From Chitinophaga pinensis (GTDB taxonomy: Bacteria; Bacteroidota; Bacteroidia; M30B66), in assembly GCA_945883545.1 (NCBI GenBank), contig CAMCXT010000001.1:78864-142863 (forward strand): DNA of 64,000 nucleotides, read 5' to 3'. The position numbers and the translations under genes are program-made. Below the pieces are notes generated by a model. It was not told where the DNA came from and made no database searches. It saw only the letters and a program-made list of their open reading frames with translations. How positions within the stretch are numbered: the stretch's first letter is position 1; every line of letters begins with the position of its first letter. Of this stretch, positions 60,393 through 64,000 are shown piece by piece.

Positions 60393-62870
60393 TCAATTAT
60401 AAGGATCTACATCAATTACCAGCCGGTATCCTTTCAGTGGAAACTCTGAAAAGAACCGGCTGATTTGTTTATTCAACTCATCCTTCACTTTTTTTAGTGA
60501 AGCTTTCGGCTCAATCTTCAGCATGATATTCTTCTGAAATTGATTTCGGATTCTACTCACAGGTGGATATTCAGGCCCCAAAATTCTGGCCCCAAAAGTT
60601 TTTCTTAAAAAGGCGCCCAATCTATCGGCTGCTTCGTCCAATTCTAAATTCGATTCGTGTCGTAAACTTAAATTGATCAATCTGGTGAATGGAGGATACC
60701 CAAATTTTTCACGTTCATCAATTTCATTTGCGTAAAAACCATCATAATCGTGGTTTCTCACCCATTCCAAAACTTGATGGTCGGGTTTCCACGTTTGAAT
60801 GATCGCCAATCCGGGTTCTTTTCGCCTTCCAGCTCGCCCCGAAACCTGCGACAACAATTGGAAACTTCTTTCAAACGCCCTGAAATCTGGATAGTTCAGC
60901 ATCGAATCGGCGCTCAACACTGCGACCAATTGAACGTGGTCAAAATCCAGCCCTTTGGAAATCATTTGCGTGCCAATCAACACATCAATTCTCTGCTCTT
61001 GAAAATCCTCGATCAATTTGTGATGCCCATTTTTCGACCTGGTTGTATCCAAATCCATGCGTGCAATTCTCAATTCAGGAATCAAACTACCCAATTCCTC
61101 TTCAATCTTTTCCGTTCCAAAACCCTTCATCCGCATATCGGTCGACTCACACTCTCCACATTTCGAAGGTACATTCATCGAATATCCGCAGTAATGACAT
61201 TTCAATTGATGCACCGATTTATGATACGTCAAACTAATATCGCATTGCACACAATGTGGAATCCAGCGACATTTATTGCATTCCAACATAGGAGCAAACC
61301 CTCGGCGGTTTCGAAACAAGATAGTTTGCTTCTGTTTGGCAGTAGTTTCAGTTATGTTTTTGATTAAAGTCGGGCTAAATATTCCCTGCATCTTTTGTTT
61401 TCGGGTGTCCTCCTTCAAATCCGCAATCTGAATTTCTGGAAGAATCGCGCCTCCAAATCTTTCCGACAGCTTCACATAATGATATTTGCCCGCCATCGCG
61501 TGATAGTAACTTTCTACCGAAGGTGTAGCTGTGCCCAATAAAATTTTGGTTTCATATAGTCCAGACATATAAATGGCTGCATCCCTACCTTGATACCTTG
61601 GTGCTGGATCGTTTTGCTTGTAGGAAGAATCATGTTCTTCATCTACCAGAATAAGTCCTAAGTTTCGAAATGGTAAGAACAAAGATGAGCGCGCACCAAC
61701 AATGAGTGCGCCTTCGTTCGACTGTCCCGCAACTGCCTGCCAAACTTCCATTCTTTCGTTTTCGCTAAAACGCGAATGATAAACTTGAACTCTTCGCCCG
61801 AATTGAACTCTTAATCGATTGATGATTTGAGTAGTCAATGCAATTTCAGGCAACATATATAATACTTGTTCCCCGCGCTCCAACGCATCACGAATCAGTT
61901 GAATGTAGATTTCAGTTTTTCCACTGCCCGTTAATCCGTGCAACAAAACCACTTTATTCTGATCGAAGCCTGAACGGATATCATTTAATGCGATCTCTTG
62001 GGCTTCGCTTAAGGAAACAGTTTCTTGGCTAGCTGAATTTCCACCAAGACGACTAACAACTCGTGCTTCAATATTGAATATCCCTTTTTTGATCATCTGT
62101 TGAAGCACTGGCGCTTTGGCTCCCGACCGTTTCAACAGTTCCTTTCTTGAAACAGATTCCATCTTTTCATTGAAACCATTCATCGAACTCATAAAGGCAA
62201 GTAACAATTCCTCTTGCTTTGGAGCTTTCGACAGTTGATTAAGTAGATGATTCAATGCACTTTCTTCGCGATACTCTTCAGTAAGATGTACGAAGATTTC
62301 AGTTTTGCGTTTAAAAACATCCTTGATATCCTCATCGGAAACAACTAGACGTTTTTCCATCATGCCTCGTAAAATCGGGAATACAGTTTTGATTCCTGTG
62401 ATTTCCGTAACGTCCTTTAAACTCAATTCCCCTGCAACGCTGAGTGCATCAAGAATCAATTGTTCACGATCAGTTAACTCAGGTTCTTCATCATTTTCGT
62501 TAAAAGCAATTGCCCGAATCACGGTTTCGCTCGAAAGCTTCATCCCAGAGGGAAGCGTGGCATTCATCACCTCACCCAAACTACACATATAATATGTAGC
62601 TAACCACTCCCAAAATTCAAGTTGTTTCGAATCAATGGTCGGTTCATGGTCGAGGATATCTTCAATATATCTGGCTTCTCGGTCGGTTGGAGCTACTTGA
62701 TGAAGCTTATGAATAATTCCTGAGTAGCGTTTTTTCTTTCCAAATGGAACGATCACGCGTTGCAATTCTGCTACCTGGTTCTCAAGATGCCTTGGAATTC
62801 GATATGTAAACAAACGGGGAAGCGCAAGAGGTAGGATAATGTCCGCGAAAAGCGTTGAGTTTTCTAACAT
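60393..62870 (-). CDS. priA: Primosomal protein N' (replication restart helicase PriA)
   Basis: 825 aa with a DEAD-like helicase core 'LLHGLTGSGKTE' and 'LILVDEEHD', and a Cys-rich zinc-binding region 'C..C....HC..C'. Confidence 0.85.
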   Translation of the reverse strand: MLENSTLFADIILPLALPRLFTYRIPRHLENQVAELQRVIVPFGKKKRYSGIIHKLHQVAPTDREARYIEDILDHEPTIDSKQLEFWEWLATYYMCSLGEVMNATLPSGMKLSSETVIRAIAFNENDEEPELTDREQLILDALSVAGELSLKDVTEITGIKTVFPILRGMMEKRLVVSDEDIKDVFKRKTEIFVHLTEEYREESALNHLLNQLSKAPKQEELLLAFMSSMNGFNEKMESVSRKELLKRSGAKAPVLQQMIKKGIFNIEARVVSRLGGNSASQETVSLSEAQEIALNDIRSGFDQNKVVLLHGLTGSGKTEIYIQLIRDALERGEQVLYMLPEIALTTQIINRLRVQFGRRVQVYHSRFSENERMEVWQAVAGQSNEGALIVGARSSLFLPFRNLGLILVDEEHDSSYKQNDPAPRYQGRDAAIYMSGLYETKILLGTATPSVESYYHAMAGKYHYVKLSERFGGAILPEIQIADLKEDTRKQKMQGIFSPTLIKNITETTAKQKQTILFRNRRGFAPMLECNKCRWIPHCVQCDISLTYHKSVHQLKCHYCGYSMNVPSKCGECESTDMRMKGFGTEKIEEELGSLIPELRIARMDLDTTRSKNGHHKLIEDFQEQRIDVLIGTQMISKGLDFDHVQLVAVLSADSMLNYPDFRAFERSFQLLSQVSGRAGRRKEPGLAIIQTWKPDHQVLEWVRNHDYDGFYANEIDEREKFGYPPFTRLINLSLRHESNLELDEAADRLGAFLRKTFGARILGPEYPPVSRIRNQFQKNIMLKIEPKASLKKVKDELNKQISRFFSEFPLKGYRLVIDVDPYN

Positions 62871-62893
62871 GCTGCGATTCCGGAAATGCGAGC

Positions 62894-63466
62894 TTAATTA
62901 AACCAAAAGATAAATCCTACTCTATAAAGAAGTGGACCACCATAAATACTACTTGCTTGGGTGCCATCGTCTAATAGATTCCACAAAATAGTGATCGAAA
63001 AGAAAGAGTTTTCTCCAGCCATTTGCTTGAATCCTGCACCTACAGGAACAGCAGGAGTCCAAGCACGTTTAAATTCGAATGCTCCGAATTCATTCTCAAC
63101 CCAGCGCTCATTGTTTATGCTTTCAATTTCACCGTGAAGAAAGATGTTAGGCAGCATATCAGGCAATGGAACGATGCGGCCGAAGATTCTTCCACCGTAA
63201 AAAGAAGCCCTTTCAGACTGGCCTGTATAATTCCGATAAGAGTAATACATATATGTAGCACCCACACCTCCCGAAAAATGACGATTGATATTGTACCCGA
63301 TCATCGGAGATACATCGATACTAGTAAGCGTTCCAAACCCAAGTCCGAAATTCCCACCTGCATATAGTCTGCTAACAAGGGTTTCTCCGTATTCGGTTTG
63401 TGCTTGAGTACCCAATGGCATCAAAAGGAGTAGTGCAAAAATGCTTGTAAGGAAAGAGATTTTCAT
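62894..63466 (-). CDS. Hypothetical outer-membrane beta-barrel protein (OmpA-like/porin-family fold)
   Basis: Signal peptide 'MKISFLTSIFALLLLMPLGTQAQ', alternating beta-strand pattern and an aromatic C-terminus '..FWFN'. Start trimmed from 63493. Confidence 0.45.
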   Translation of the reverse strand: MKISFLTSIFALLLLMPLGTQAQTEYGETLVSRLYAGGNFGLGFGTLTSIDVSPMIGYNINRHFSGGVGATYMYYSYRNYTGQSERASFYGGRIFGRIVPLPDMLPNIFLHGEIESINNERWVENEFGAFEFKRAWTPAVPVGAGFKQMAGENSFFSITILWNLLDDGTQASSIYGGPLLYRVGFIFWFN

Positions 63467-64000
63467 AGCCGTAAATTTAAGGCAGTTTGACAATAAAAAA
63501 TGGCAATCAAAACTATAGAATCCACCAATGCAATCTTTAGTGCGCTTCTTCTTCTGTTAAAGTTAGTTTTTGGCAGGCTTGCCGATATGAATAAACGCAA
63601 ATTAAATTCCATTAGGGGAAGAATTGATCATACACATACTATTTTTTAGGTCATGATGTGCAAATGGAGCAACTGGGTTTAAGCCTAGTCAAGCTATCAA
63701 CGGAAGATTTTTGTATTACATATATATTTATGAGGCAGAAGTACAAATTTAGATTAGGTGCATTCAACAATGTGCTGCAGTTCCTAAGTCGATCCTCAAA
63801 GAGTACTTCTTGCTTAGGAACATTCTGCTTTTTAAGATTCTTGGGTATTAATTGCCTTGAAATCCATGCTGATTCCGCTGGTTTTATTGTTCTGTCATTT
63901 TAAATGGCCCAATGACCGACCTTGCCAAGGTAAGTTGCAGATGATTTAAGGCAAAATGAAGATGACTTCAAGGTCATTCGGGAAATAATGCTACCCAATC

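Noticed and set aside
63658-63903. 81-aa ORF near the window end
   Set aside because: It sits in AT-rich intergenic sequence containing inverted repeats, with no signal of coding. It is more likely a regulatory or terminator region for the convergent OMP gene.

Overview
This is a chromosomal window of about 40% GC from a member of the Bacteroidota. The phylum call rests on four things: several proteins with type 9 secretion system (T9SS) C-terminal sorting domains, including a gliding-motility-type CTD; lipoproteins with Bacteroidota-style signal peptides; HU, MutY and RNase G in a gene order typical of the group; and a TspO gene. I found no transposases, integrases or CRISPR arrays.

Most of the window is housekeeping: ctaA, ssb, mutY, hup, rng, rmlA, a polyprenyl synthetase, ctpA, dsbD, lepA, sucA, xseAB, prs, rplY/ctc, pth, pepC, an E2 acyltransferase (probably sucB) and priA, plus a tRNA-Leu(CAA) and a probable SRP RNA.

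Findings, in my order of interest:
- The convergent intergenic region at ~51.66-52.06 kb holds an array of four hairpin-bearing elements at a regular 104-bp period. It lies between a 1282-aa T9SS adhesin-like protein and a T9SS cargo protein with a ~130-residue poly-Asp/Asn/Ser tract.
- A PLP-dependent decarboxylase carries an extra C-terminal domain and sits next to a DUF336 protein and a PAS/GAF hybrid histidine kinase with its response regulator.
- An AT-rich islet carries a DUF4143 ATPase and small unknown proteins. Just downstream, ahead of lepA, lie a GC-rich structured segment and a heptamer-repeat tract.
- The lepA/sucA convergent spacer contains paired ~90-bp direct repeats with strong palindromic hairpins.
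- Smaller items: a frameshifted stand-alone LuxR-type HTH remnant, and an unannotated 29-aa Lys/Arg/His-rich ORF.

All calls come from reading the sequence and the ORF translations. No database searches were run.
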